Shown here one piece after another: positions 27,791 to 36,840 of a stretch of 43,989 nucleotides of DNA. The notes below the pieces were generated by a model. The model saw only the letters and a program-made list of their open reading frames with translations. It did not search any database and was not told where the DNA came from. The position numbers and the translations under genes are program-made. The stretch spans positions 1-43,989 of the forward strand of contig CAYJNX010000002.1 in assembly GCA_964371525.1 (NCBI GenBank). The letters run 5' to 3'. Each line of letters starts with the position of its first letter. The stretch's first letter is position 1. This DNA comes from an uncultured Akkermansia sp. (GTDB lineage: Bacteria > Verrucomicrobiota > Verrucomicrobiia > Verrucomicrobiales > Akkermansiaceae).

Positions 27791-29296
27791 ATGAGAAATA
27801 TTCTGTCAACTGCAGCTTGCTTAAGCATCACGCCACTCATGCTCAGTGCGCAAGACTCGCAGTCGCCTCCGCATGTTTTCATCATTCTGATGGATGACTT
27901 AGGCTATGGTGAGTTAGGATCTTATGGGCAGAAGCGCATCGAGACCCCTCACCTAGATCAGCTGGCAAAAGAAGGAGTTCGCTTCACGCAGTACTACAGT
28001 GCAGCTCCTGTAAGTGCCCCATCCCGCTGCATGATGCTGACAGGGAAGCACTCAGGTCATGCCGTCGTGCGTCAAAACAACGAGGCCGCGAAGCGAGGGA
28101 ATGTCTGGAGTCATAAGGCCATGCTGAATAATCCACAGCTAGAGGGGCAAGCTCCCATGCCTGCCGACACGCGGACCCTCGCTCACCTCATGCAGGATGA
28201 GGGCTACAGAACCGCCCTCATCGGCAAATGGGGCTTAGGCTACCCTGGTTCGGTCTCTACGCCGAACAAGATGGGGTTTGACTTTTTCTACGGCTTTAAC
28301 TGCCAGCGGCAAGCGCATACCTACTACCCCATGTTTGTCTACAGGAATGATAAGCGAGAAATACTTGATAATGCCCCTCTCCTCACGCCGAATGACAAGC
28401 TCGATCGCGGAGCAGATAAGTATGACGAGCGTTCTTACGATAAGTTCCAGCGTAAGGAGTACGTGAATGATCTGTTTTATGACGAACTCATCCAGCTCGT
28501 CGACCAGCAATCCACGCATAAGAAACCACTCTTCGTCATGTGGGCAACTCCCCTACCTCATGTATCACTACAAGCACCAAAGGAATGGGTAGACTACTAT
28601 CAGAAGAAATTCAAGGACGAAGAGCCATACCTCGGTCAGCGTAGTTACTTACCATGCCGCTATCCACGCGCAACTTATGCCGCGATGGTCAGCTACTTTG
28701 ATGATCAGGTAGGACGCTTCATAGCGACACTCAAGGAAAAAGGCATGTACGAGAACAGTCTTATTATCTTCACCTCAGATAATGGACCTACATTCAATGG
28801 AGGTAGTGACTCACCATGGTTCGAGAGTGCAGGTCCATTCCGCAGCGAAGCAGGATGGGGAAAAGCCAGCCTCCGCGAAGGCGGCATACGCGTCCCCTTT
28901 CTTGTGAGCTGGCCTGCACGCATCGGGAAAGGGCGTGTGTCAGACCACATCTCTGCCTCCTATGATATACTCCCCACCATCGCAGAAATTCTAAAGACTC
29001 CTGTGCCAGCAGATAGTGATGGGCTGAGCTTCTTCTCCGAATTGACTGGCAAGAAGCAAGCCAAGCACGAGCATCTCTACTGGGAATACCCAGAAGGATC
29101 AGGTGCGCGCGCCATGCGAATGGGGAAATGGAAAGGTCTAATCCTCAATATAAACAAGGGGAATAAAACAATGCAGCTTTTCGATCTTGATCGCGATGAG
29201 CGAGAAGAGCATAACCTCGCAGAGAAGCACCCAGAAATCGTCGCTGAAATCAGAAAAAGAATGCACGAGGAGCACACGAAGCCTAGTTCTCAATAA
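27791..29296 (+). CDS. Secreted S1 sulfatase (Ser-type)
   Basis: Signal peptide, DDLGYG, VSAPSR (S-x-P-x-R), GKWGLG, SDNG, EGGIRVP. Confidence 0.93.
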   Translation: MRNILSTAACLSITPLMLSAQDSQSPPHVFIILMDDLGYGELGSYGQKRIETPHLDQLAKEGVRFTQYYSAAPVSAPSRCMMLTGKHSGHAVVRQNNEAAKRGNVWSHKAMLNNPQLEGQAPMPADTRTLAHLMQDEGYRTALIGKWGLGYPGSVSTPNKMGFDFFYGFNCQRQAHTYYPMFVYRNDKREILDNAPLLTPNDKLDRGADKYDERSYDKFQRKEYVNDLFYDELIQLVDQQSTHKKPLFVMWATPLPHVSLQAPKEWVDYYQKKFKDEEPYLGQRSYLPCRYPRATYAAMVSYFDDQVGRFIATLKEKGMYENSLIIFTSDNGPTFNGGSDSPWFESAGPFRSEAGWGKASLREGGIRVPFLVSWPARIGKGRVSDHISASYDILPTIAEILKTPVPADSDGLSFFSELTGKKQAKHEHLYWEYPEGSGARAMRMGKWKGLILNINKGNKTMQLFDLDRDEREEHNLAEKHPEIVAEIRKRMHEEHTKPSSQ

Positions 29297-29304
29297 TCCC
29301 CACT

Positions 29305-30462
29305 ATGTACGCCGCACTACTCACACTCATTTACCTAGCTTTCATCTCACTCGGTCTACCAGATTCCCTGCTCGGGACAGCTTGGCCCGTGATGCAGCGC
29401 GACTTTCAGGTCAGCTACAGCTATGCAGGTATCGTGGCTATGATTATCTCGCTGGGGACGATTACGGCGAGTCTGAGCTGCGCGCGCCTGATGCAGTGGA
29501 TGAGCACAGGTGTCATCACGACTGTGAGTGTACTCATCTCTGCTCTTTCTCTCTGGGGCTTTTCGCTCTGCCCGAGTTTCGCTTGGGTCTGTGTGATGGC
29601 CATTCCTTATGGTCTAAGTGGTGGTGCTGTAGATGCGGTGCTGAATAATTACGTCGCTGCGCACTATTCCGCTCGCCACATGCACTGGCTACATGCGTCT
29701 TGGGGCGTGGGTGCGACACTGAGTCCTATCATCATGGGCTTCGCGCTGGTGAATGCAGGAGGCTGGCAGTCTGGCTATATGATCATATTCTGGGCACAGC
29801 TGACCTTAGCAGTCATACTCTTATTAAGTATCAAGCTCTGGCGTCGAAAAGATCATGATGCAGAACAAAGCAGTCCCACAGAAGAAAAGCATGAAGTGCT
29901 CGGCTTCTTCGCCTCGCTCAAGATCCGCGGCGTAAAACCCATCCTTATCAGCTTCGCTGCTTACTGCGGTTTAGAAAATGCCACAGGCATATGGGCGGCG
30001 AGTTATCTCGTAGAAGCTCGTTGCCTCGCGCCAGAGTCTGCCGCATTCCACGCCTCACTCTACTTCATGGGCATCATGATAGGGCGCATGCTCGGAGGTA
30101 TCATCGCTCAGTACTTCAGCCACAGTCGACTCATCTTCATGGGTGCGGCACTTATTATCTCAGGTATGCTGCTCACTCAGCTTCCGTGGAATTCTACGCT
30201 CTGGCTGAGCTTCCTCATGGTGGGCATAGGCTGTGCGCCTATTTACCCCTCTATCATTCATGCCACACCTATCCTATTTGGTAAGGAAAAATCACTGAGT
30301 ATCATAGGTATTCAGATGGGGTGCGCCTATATGGGATCTTGTCTTGCGCCTCCGCTGTTTGGGTTTATATCCTCGCAGCTCAGCATGTCTGTGTTCCCCT
30401 TCTTCGTCGTCCTTCTCGCGGCAGCAATGATTCTGAGTTATTCGCGCTTATCAAGGCTCTAA
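29305..30462 (+). CDS. MFS transporter
   Basis: About 12 TM helices; AFISLGLPDSLLG, GAVDAVLNNYVA, WLHASWGVG. Confidence 0.9.
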   Translation: MYAALLTLIYLAFISLGLPDSLLGTAWPVMQRDFQVSYSYAGIVAMIISLGTITASLSCARLMQWMSTGVITTVSVLISALSLWGFSLCPSFAWVCVMAIPYGLSGGAVDAVLNNYVAAHYSARHMHWLHASWGVGATLSPIIMGFALVNAGGWQSGYMIIFWAQLTLAVILLLSIKLWRRKDHDAEQSSPTEEKHEVLGFFASLKIRGVKPILISFAAYCGLENATGIWAASYLVEARCLAPESAAFHASLYFMGIMIGRMLGGIIAQYFSHSRLIFMGAALIISGMLLTQLPWNSTLWLSFLMVGIGCAPIYPSIIHATPILFGKEKSLSIIGIQMGCAYMGSCLAPPLFGFISSQLSMSVFPFFVVLLAAAMILSYSRLSRL

Positions 30463-30467
30463 GTAGC

Positions 30468-30497
30468 TTGACCTAGAACTAGCTGTTGTGCTATATT
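30468..30497 (+). promoter_or_regulatory. Promoter TTGACC-N18-TATATT with extended -10 TG, predicted leaderless
   Basis: -10 ends 6 nt before an in-frame GTG at 30504. Confidence 0.6.
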
Positions 30498-30503
30498 TCC
30501 CCT

Positions 30504-31628
30504 GTGCCCGAAGTCTTTCATTTCCGCGATAAGAGTGCTTATCTCAAGGAACAGCTCATCACCTGTATAGGGAATAAGCGTGCACTTCTTCCTCGACTCG
30601 CGGATAGCTTTTCGCGTTTAGAAAAGAGCCTTGGGCGCAAGCTACGCTGCTGGGATGCTTTCTCAGGCTCAGGCTCTGTATCGCGCCTGCTAAAATCGTA
30701 TGCATCAGAACTTCATAGCAATGATTTAGAGCCTTACGCCGCTATGATGAGTAGGTGCTATTTAGCGAATAGAAACGAGCTGCCAATGGCACAGCTACAG
30801 AGCATCTATAGCTCGCTGCTAGATGAGCTCTCCGATGAGGGTAATTTGCAGGCGGGCTTTGTGACTGAGCTATATGCACCAAAAGATGAATCGAGCATAG
30901 CCCGCGAAGACAGAGTATTCTACACGAGGCGTAATGCCCTGTACATCGACACGGCACGCATGCTCATCTCTGAGCTAGATGAGGAGATACAGCCCTTTTT
31001 CTTAGCGCCTCTACTCAGTATGGCCTCTGTGCATACGAACACCGCAGGAGTATTCAAAGGATTTTACAAGAATGCTGAAGGTATAGGTCAATACGGAGGA
31101 CGAGGAGAGCACGCACTGTCTCGAATAAAGGGCGACATCACGCTCCCCTTCCCTGTCTTTTCTGAGTTCAACTGCCCAACGACTGTGACGAGAGCCGACG
31201 CACTGACAGTTGCGCATCATCTCCCAGATCTAGATCTCGCCTACTTTGATCCACCATACAACCAGCATCCCTACGGTTCAAACTACTTCATGTTAAATCT
31301 GATCGTGGAAGGAAAAGCCCCTGATACATCGCAGATTTCGCGTGTGTCAGGCATCCCTCAGGATTGGAATCGCTCGGAGTTTAATAAGAAAGCTGGTGCA
31401 CTCCGAGCACTCAGCGAGCTCGTGAGTCGCTGCCCTGCTCGCTACATTCTCCTATCCTACAGTTCTGAGGGACTGCTAGCAAAATCCGATATGCTCGACC
31501 TTCTCGCCAGCCATGGGACGGTCACACTTGAAGAGATCCCCTACGCCACATTCAGAGGTAGTCGTAATTTACGAGCGAGGAAATTACAGGTGATGGAGTA
31601 CCTCTTTCTTTTAGAGAAAAAGATTTAA
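30504..31628 (+). CDS. N6-adenine DNA methyltransferase (D12 class, NlaIII/FokI-like), orphan
   Basis: IGNKR, DAFSGSGSVS (motif I), NDLE, FYTRRNA, NTAGVFKGF, FDPPY (motif IV), LSYS; GTG start inferred from the promoter. Confidence 0.9.
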   Translation: MPEVFHFRDKSAYLKEQLITCIGNKRALLPRLADSFSRLEKSLGRKLRCWDAFSGSGSVSRLLKSYASELHSNDLEPYAAMMSRCYLANRNELPMAQLQSIYSSLLDELSDEGNLQAGFVTELYAPKDESSIAREDRVFYTRRNALYIDTARMLISELDEEIQPFFLAPLLSMASVHTNTAGVFKGFYKNAEGIGQYGGRGEHALSRIKGDITLPFPVFSEFNCPTTVTRADALTVAHHLPDLDLAYFDPPYNQHPYGSNYFMLNLIVEGKAPDTSQISRVSGIPQDWNRSEFNKKAGALRALSELVSRCPARYILLSYSSEGLLAKSDMLDLLASHGTVTLEEIPYATFRGSRNLRARKLQVMEYLFLLEKKI

Positions 31629-31740
31629 GCGTAAGGCGAAGCTTTATATGTAAATGCTTTATAAATATTCATATGATAGGCTTGTAAAATTTACCTTGCT
31701 TATGTGTGTCTCGTGTGTTTAACTTCTCGCAGCTACATAT

Positions 31741-31895
31741 CCTGACTCGTTAGGATGCGTAGTTCCCCCTCTGGAGGCAGTAGGAACTGCAAGAAATAGA
31801 TGGGAAAGGCGGTGAGAATCCGTCACTGTGCCGCAACCGTATTGTGAGCTAGCATCTCTGAGATGCTGTCGAACTAAGTCGGGGTACCAGCCAGG
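31741..31895 (+). promoter_or_regulatory. Cobalamin riboswitch
   Basis: GGGAA (31802), GGCGG-TGAGAAT-CCGTC stem with T-loop, ACTGTGCCGCAACCGTA, AAGTCGG...CCAGCC; lies directly upstream of a TonB-dependent receptor. Confidence 0.9.
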
Positions 31896-31943
31896 GGAAG
31901 CGCTGAACACACCAACGTAACATTGGTCCACTAAGCTCTACAT

Positions 31944-33932
31944 ATGATATCTACATCACTTACGCCTCAAGGAGGCGTTACACGCGCTGTGCTTGCCATC
32001 GCTATGGCAGGAAATTGTGCTTTTGCACAGGCTAGTCCTCAAGCCCCCATCGAGGAAACCGAGCTCGCCCCCATCACGGTATCTGCCTCTGATGGTCTTG
32101 CCATGGCTTATGACGAGACAGGTGTCTCTGTCACCGTCCTCAATGTGGAGGAATTAAAGGAAGAAGGCGTTGTCCAACTGGGTGATGCTCTGACACGAGT
32201 ACCCGGTGTATTCGCCCTCCCTAATGGTGGTATCAACCAGATGGGCAGTAGCAACCAAATCGTCATCCGCGGGATGAACGACGAGACATACACCATGTCT
32301 ATCTATGATGGTATGCGCCTTTATAATGCATCGGGTGTCGGTCGCATTTCTGCAAACCTCATTGGTCACCAGACACTTTACGGACTCGGTGGATTGGAAG
32401 TACTCAAAGGTGCGCAAGGTGCGGTCTACGGTGGTGGTGCTGTCGGCGGTATCGTTTACATGACCACGCCTAAGGGAAAGGGTGAACCTAGCTACCAAAG
32501 CACGGTTGAAATCGGTTCCTTTGATACACAACTGGGTAATTTCATCGCGCAGGGCGAAAAGGATGAACTATCCTACTACGTATCCTCCACTTACCAGTCC
32601 ACGACGAATGACATGCGCCTCGCTGATGGATCACGCCCCGAAGGCGATGCCGCAAACGCAGGTGAATACACAAACTGGACGAACAATATCCGCCTCGACT
32701 ATCAGCTTAATGACACGAATGTCGTGACAGCGACCTACCGTCGCGAGGACATCAAGTTCCAGTCCCCTCACGATTCTGTCGAGAATAGCACTCGTTCGAA
32801 CCTCGCTACCCTCAAGTGGGTAAGCAACATCACGGACGCTTACACATCCACCCTCATGGCTGGTATTTATGATGCTGATGCCATTGTAGGAACAGACCTG
32901 ACACCCGGTGTGGTAAATGGTCGCGCCTTCATGACGAACCTCAATCTTCAGGCAGAATGGCGTCATGACTACAAGTGGAATGACAAGCATAAGACCTCTG
33001 GTGCACTCTCTTGGAATAGAGAAGAAACAGACGGTTCTTACGTGAATAATAGCACGAAAGATGACATCTACGGCATCGCAGTGGAGCACTTCTACACCCC
33101 TATCACAAACTGGGAAAACTCCATAGCACTGCGCCTCGATAGCAGCGATATCTACGACGAGAATACGACGATACGCCTCGCAAGCAGCTACAAGTTCAAT
33201 GACGAAAAGTCACGTTTCTTCGGCTCATTTAGCACAGGTTACAAGGCACCTACCTCACTCGAACGCTCTAGCGGTAGCTTCTACAGCGAAATGGCAGCCT
33301 ATGGTTCAGTGTACAAGACCACCTACTATGGAAATCCTGACCTGAAGGAAGAAACAAGCGTCAGCTTTGACATAGGCTTTGAGCAGAAGATAGGAGAGAA
33401 TCATAAGATCACAGCAACTTACTTCTGGCAGCAGCTCAGTGACGGTATCGACAGTATCTACAGCTATGGCTCAAGCTATACTGAATCGAATGTCAACTTT
33501 GTCAATGCCAGCGGAATCTGGACTATTCAGGGTCTTGAAGTCGTGATGCAGGGGGAAATCACATCCGCTTGGAACACAGGCTACACTCTGAGCTTCACAG
33601 TCACCTCTCCTAAGGATGCAGACGACGAGCAGCTCGCTAAGACCGCACGCCGTGTCTTGGCCGCTGATATCCACACGAGTCCTACGGACAAGTTCACCTT
33701 CGGTGTAGGCGTACAAGCCGCCAGCGGACGCGTGAATTACAATGCTGATGACAAGCTCGACTCCTACTACACCATGCGTGCTTATGCTCGCTATGAGTTC
33801 ACTGAGAACATGGCTCTGCACATGCGTGTAGAAAACATCACCGATCAGAATTACGTAACAGAGGGCTCCTATCCAGTCGATTACCTCGGCTCAGGTATAG
33901 GCATCTACGCTGGCGTCACAGTAAAATTCTAA
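31944..33932 (+). CDS. btuB: TonB-dependent receptor, BtuB-like (cobalamin uptake)
   Basis: Signal peptide, ITVSA TonB box, L.RVPGV, IRG, EVLKGAQGAVYG, NPDLKEE, RVENITD, C-terminal Phe; riboswitch upstream. Confidence 0.85.
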   Translation: MISTSLTPQGGVTRAVLAIAMAGNCAFAQASPQAPIEETELAPITVSASDGLAMAYDETGVSVTVLNVEELKEEGVVQLGDALTRVPGVFALPNGGINQMGSSNQIVIRGMNDETYTMSIYDGMRLYNASGVGRISANLIGHQTLYGLGGLEVLKGAQGAVYGGGAVGGIVYMTTPKGKGEPSYQSTVEIGSFDTQLGNFIAQGEKDELSYYVSSTYQSTTNDMRLADGSRPEGDAANAGEYTNWTNNIRLDYQLNDTNVVTATYRREDIKFQSPHDSVENSTRSNLATLKWVSNITDAYTSTLMAGIYDADAIVGTDLTPGVVNGRAFMTNLNLQAEWRHDYKWNDKHKTSGALSWNREETDGSYVNNSTKDDIYGIAVEHFYTPITNWENSIALRLDSSDIYDENTTIRLASSYKFNDEKSRFFGSFSTGYKAPTSLERSSGSFYSEMAAYGSVYKTTYYGNPDLKEETSVSFDIGFEQKIGENHKITATYFWQQLSDGIDSIYSYGSSYTESNVNFVNASGIWTIQGLEVVMQGEITSAWNTGYTLSFTVTSPKDADDEQLAKTARRVLAADIHTSPTDKFTFGVGVQAASGRVNYNADDKLDSYYTMRAYARYEFTENMALHMRVENITDQNYVTEGSYPVDYLGSGIGIYAGVTVKF

Positions 33933-33949
33933 GATAGTTAATAGATAAG

Positions 33950-34003
33950 GAAAAAGCCCTTCGACTCACATCCCCTGTAGCAAGGCGGTCGAAGGGCTTT
34001 TTC
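33950..34003. terminator. Intrinsic terminator after btuB
   Basis: GAAAAAGCCCTTCGAC...GTCGAAGGGCTTTTTC, 16-bp perfect arms around a 22-nt loop. Confidence 0.85.
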
Positions 34004-34024
34004 TATTGATGCACTCCCCTTATC

Positions 34025-35947
34025 ATGGACTATAGCCGCCTCATCGTATTTTTTATATGCACCTGCATGATATTTTCTTCATGCAGCGAGGAAAAAACGC
34101 AGCAGTCTGTTATCTTGGGGGGGATAAAAGCAGCGGCTGCATACCCAGAAGATATGTGGCAGATTCTCAGCGGGCTCGATGACATACAGGTACAGCAGGC
34201 TACTGGCGGCATACCTGATGACCTTATCTGGGAAGACGGCAGAGGTCTGCCCGAGATAGGCGATCCAGCTGCGAAAAAAGGTGGAAGCATCCATCTCGTT
34301 AATGCGGGACCCTACCCCGCCCATTTACGCCCCATAGGAGGGCTAGGCACCGTATTCTTCCACTACACGCTCTATGCGAATGTGGATATCAAGCTCGTCG
34401 AGCTTCACCCTCTGAGCCCAGAAAAAAGCATCATCCCCGGCGTCGCCCAGAGCTGGGCGATAGGGAGGGATGGTCGCACAGTCTACTTCCGACTGAATCC
34501 GCAGGCTCGCTATTCGAATGGTCGCCCCCTGCGAGCTGGAGACTTCTTCCTCGGACTCTACCTGCGCAGCTCTGATTATATAAAAGACCCACTCGCGCTC
34601 AAGAAGATAGCGAAGAGTATAGAAAAGATCACCTACTACGGCGAGCATTGCTTTTCTGTGAAGCTGCGACAGACAGAGCTACTCGCCCCCTACAGCATTG
34701 CTCAGCTGCTGAGCCCCGCTGAGCCTAGCTTTTATAGCGAGTTTGGCCCCGACTATGTAGAACGCTACGCCCAGCGCATCGCCCCGACGACGGGCGCTTA
34801 CAGTGTCCTACCTACAGATTTAAAAACAAACCGTGAGATCATCATGTCGAAGGTCCCCCAGTGGTGGGCCTCCGATCTCCCCTACTACCGCTACCGCTAT
34901 AATGTCGATAAGCGTCATATACACTTCCTCGCGGATGAGGCGCAGCTCTGGGAGTTCTTCTGGAAGGGAAAAATCGACCTGCTGCAGACCCGTAACCTCA
35001 GCGCGTGGCAGCAGCGACTCCAGCATGAGCATGTGCGCGAAGGACGCATCGAAAAGCACCGCTTTCTCTCCCACTACCCCTTACCTCCCTATGGCATTTA
35101 TCTCAATGCTCGCACCCTGCCCGATATCAATCTACGTCAGGGGCTGCTGCACGCCATGGACATGAATCGCGCACTCGATCTACTCTTTCGCGGCGAATAC
35201 GAACGCCTCGCCTTCTTCAGTGAAGGCTATGGACAGCTCAGCCCGAAGCAGGGTGAAGTCGAGCAGGTACAGTTCGATGTGAATAAGTCCAGAGACTACT
35301 TTAATAAAGCAGGTTATACTATAGCTGACACTGATGGAATCTTGCAGAAAGCTGACGGCACGCGCCTGAGTATCACCCTATCCTACACGCCTTCGGAGAA
35401 GGTCACGAGCCTCGTGCAGCAGCTCGCTCAGAGCGCACGCCTCTGTGGCGCAGAGGTCGTCGCTGATCCCACCCCGTGGCAGCAGACAGCGAAGAAAGTG
35501 GAGCATAAGACCTATCAGATGGCCTTCTGGGCAGACGTAGCGAGCTTCCCCCTACCTTCACTAGATACACAGTTTCACTCACGCTTTTATGAGACAGTCG
35601 GGCGTAATCTCCATGCGCTGAACGACGCGGACATGGATGCACATCTGGAGTCTATGCATGATGCAAAGACAGCGAATGAACTCGCCGAAGCAACCCTGAA
35701 GGTGAATCAGCGTCTCGCAGCACTGGCCGTCTGGCTACCTGGCTGGAAGGAGAATCGCTGTTACGTCGCTAACTGGCGGCACGTGCGCTTCCCTGATACT
35801 ACTTATTGCCAATTCTCCACTCCTCGCCCCTACGATGTGCAAGAGGCTCATCTGCTCTGGATAGATGAGGAGGGATTCCCGAAGGATGGAACGCATGAGG
35901 AAGTGGATAGCTTTATCAATCCTAGCTACCCTGCTATGAATGAATGA
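34025..35947 (+). CDS. Family-5 extracellular solute-binding lipoprotein (YejA-like)
   Basis: Lipobox FSSC, IGDPAAKKGG, FRLNPQARYSNGRP, TTGAY, WWASDLP.YRYRYN. Confidence 0.85.
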   Translation: MDYSRLIVFFICTCMIFSSCSEEKTQQSVILGGIKAAAAYPEDMWQILSGLDDIQVQQATGGIPDDLIWEDGRGLPEIGDPAAKKGGSIHLVNAGPYPAHLRPIGGLGTVFFHYTLYANVDIKLVELHPLSPEKSIIPGVAQSWAIGRDGRTVYFRLNPQARYSNGRPLRAGDFFLGLYLRSSDYIKDPLALKKIAKSIEKITYYGEHCFSVKLRQTELLAPYSIAQLLSPAEPSFYSEFGPDYVERYAQRIAPTTGAYSVLPTDLKTNREIIMSKVPQWWASDLPYYRYRYNVDKRHIHFLADEAQLWEFFWKGKIDLLQTRNLSAWQQRLQHEHVREGRIEKHRFLSHYPLPPYGIYLNARTLPDINLRQGLLHAMDMNRALDLLFRGEYERLAFFSEGYGQLSPKQGEVEQVQFDVNKSRDYFNKAGYTIADTDGILQKADGTRLSITLSYTPSEKVTSLVQQLAQSARLCGAEVVADPTPWQQTAKKVEHKTYQMAFWADVASFPLPSLDTQFHSRFYETVGRNLHALNDADMDAHLESMHDAKTANELAEATLKVNQRLAALAVWLPGWKENRCYVANWRHVRFPDTTYCQFSTPRPYDVQEAHLLWIDEEGFPKDGTHEEVDSFINPSYPAMNE

Positions 35948-36485
35948 TGCGGATTTTTTTCACGCTACCTGCCCCTAATTGCTCGTTGAGCTTACGCATG
36001 ACTTGAGTGCGCATACGGTTGATTTCGAATCGAATATTCGGATGCAGTGTGCGTATGGTTGCGAGTCCATCGCTGAGCGAAAAGAGTTCGGCTTGCGTGG
36101 AGAAGAAGTCGCCCATCGCTTTCTTCCATGCCTCGGCTAAAATCTCAGCCGCAAAGCTCTCTTCACGCAGCTGGAGACGCTCATTAATCTCGCCTAGTAT
36201 GGATGCCATGCTGCGTATGGAGCGCGTGGCGGAGCGGTCAATGGAGACTCCTAGGAAGTCCGCCATTGCTTGGTCCTCATCCTGCTGGGTACGACTGGGT
36301 ATGTGTACATAACCAGCCTTCCCATCAGGATAAGTGACCAAGTAATAGCGTCTGCTACCTAGCTTTTTGCGCAGCTGTTGCTGCTCTCGTGCATCGACTT
36401 GAGCCGCTGATTCTGCGCCGCTGCTCTTAGGCGCAGAAGACGGATCTCCTGCGGGAAGGTCAGCTCTAGGGGTAGCAGTACTCAT
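35934..36485 (-). CDS. DciA/DUF721 family protein
   Basis: C-terminal LAEAWKKAMG...QAELFSLSDGLATI.T.HP..RFEI...KLNEQLG..VKKIRI matches the DUF721 pattern. Confidence 0.75.
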   Translation of the reverse strand: MSTATPRADLPAGDPSSAPKSSGAESAAQVDAREQQQLRKKLGSRRYYLVTYPDGKAGYVHIPSRTQQDEDQAMADFLGVSIDRSATRSIRSMASILGEINERLQLREESFAAEILAEAWKKAMGDFFSTQAELFSLSDGLATIRTLHPNIRFEINRMRTQVMRKLNEQLGAGSVKKIRIIHS

Positions 36486-36493
36486 GAAGTTAT

Positions 36494-36730
36494 TTATTCG
36501 TCGCCGTCGTCACCGATGGACTGCACAGGGCAGGATTCGAGAACTTCATCGCAAAGTGCGATGTCTTCAGGAGTGGTGGGTTGTGCACATACGTAGGAAA
36601 CACCTTCGTCTTCGTCGCGGACGAAGAACTGGGGTGCGCTTTCGCGGCAAAGATCACAATCGATGCAACTGCTATCGACGTAATACTTACCTTCTACGTT
36701 CTTTTCTACTTTATCGTCTAATTCTGCCAT
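36494..36730 (-). CDS. Single-cluster ferredoxin
   Basis: CIDCDLC plus distal CP; acidic, 78 aa. Confidence 0.93.
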   Translation of the reverse strand: MAELDDKVEKNVEGKYYVDSSCIDCDLCRESAPQFFVRDEDEGVSYVCAQPTTPEDIALCDEVLESCPVQSIGDDGDE

Positions 36731-36805
36731 AACATATAATCGAGAAGTGGTTGGACTTCTCAGGTATATTTTTACGTATTTATGAGCAAATGCAATCTTT
36801 TTTTA

Positions 36806-36834
36806 TTGCCAGCAGCATTTTTTCAGTCCAAAAT
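36806..36834 (+). promoter_or_regulatory. Promoter TTGCCA-N17-CAAAAT, predicted leaderless
   Basis: -10 ends 6 nt before ATG 36841. Confidence 0.5.
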
Positions 36835-36840
36835 ACATTC

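Noticed and set aside
31719..31931. 70-aa minus-strand ORF
   Set aside because: It lies antisense over the cobalamin riboswitch and has no coding features.
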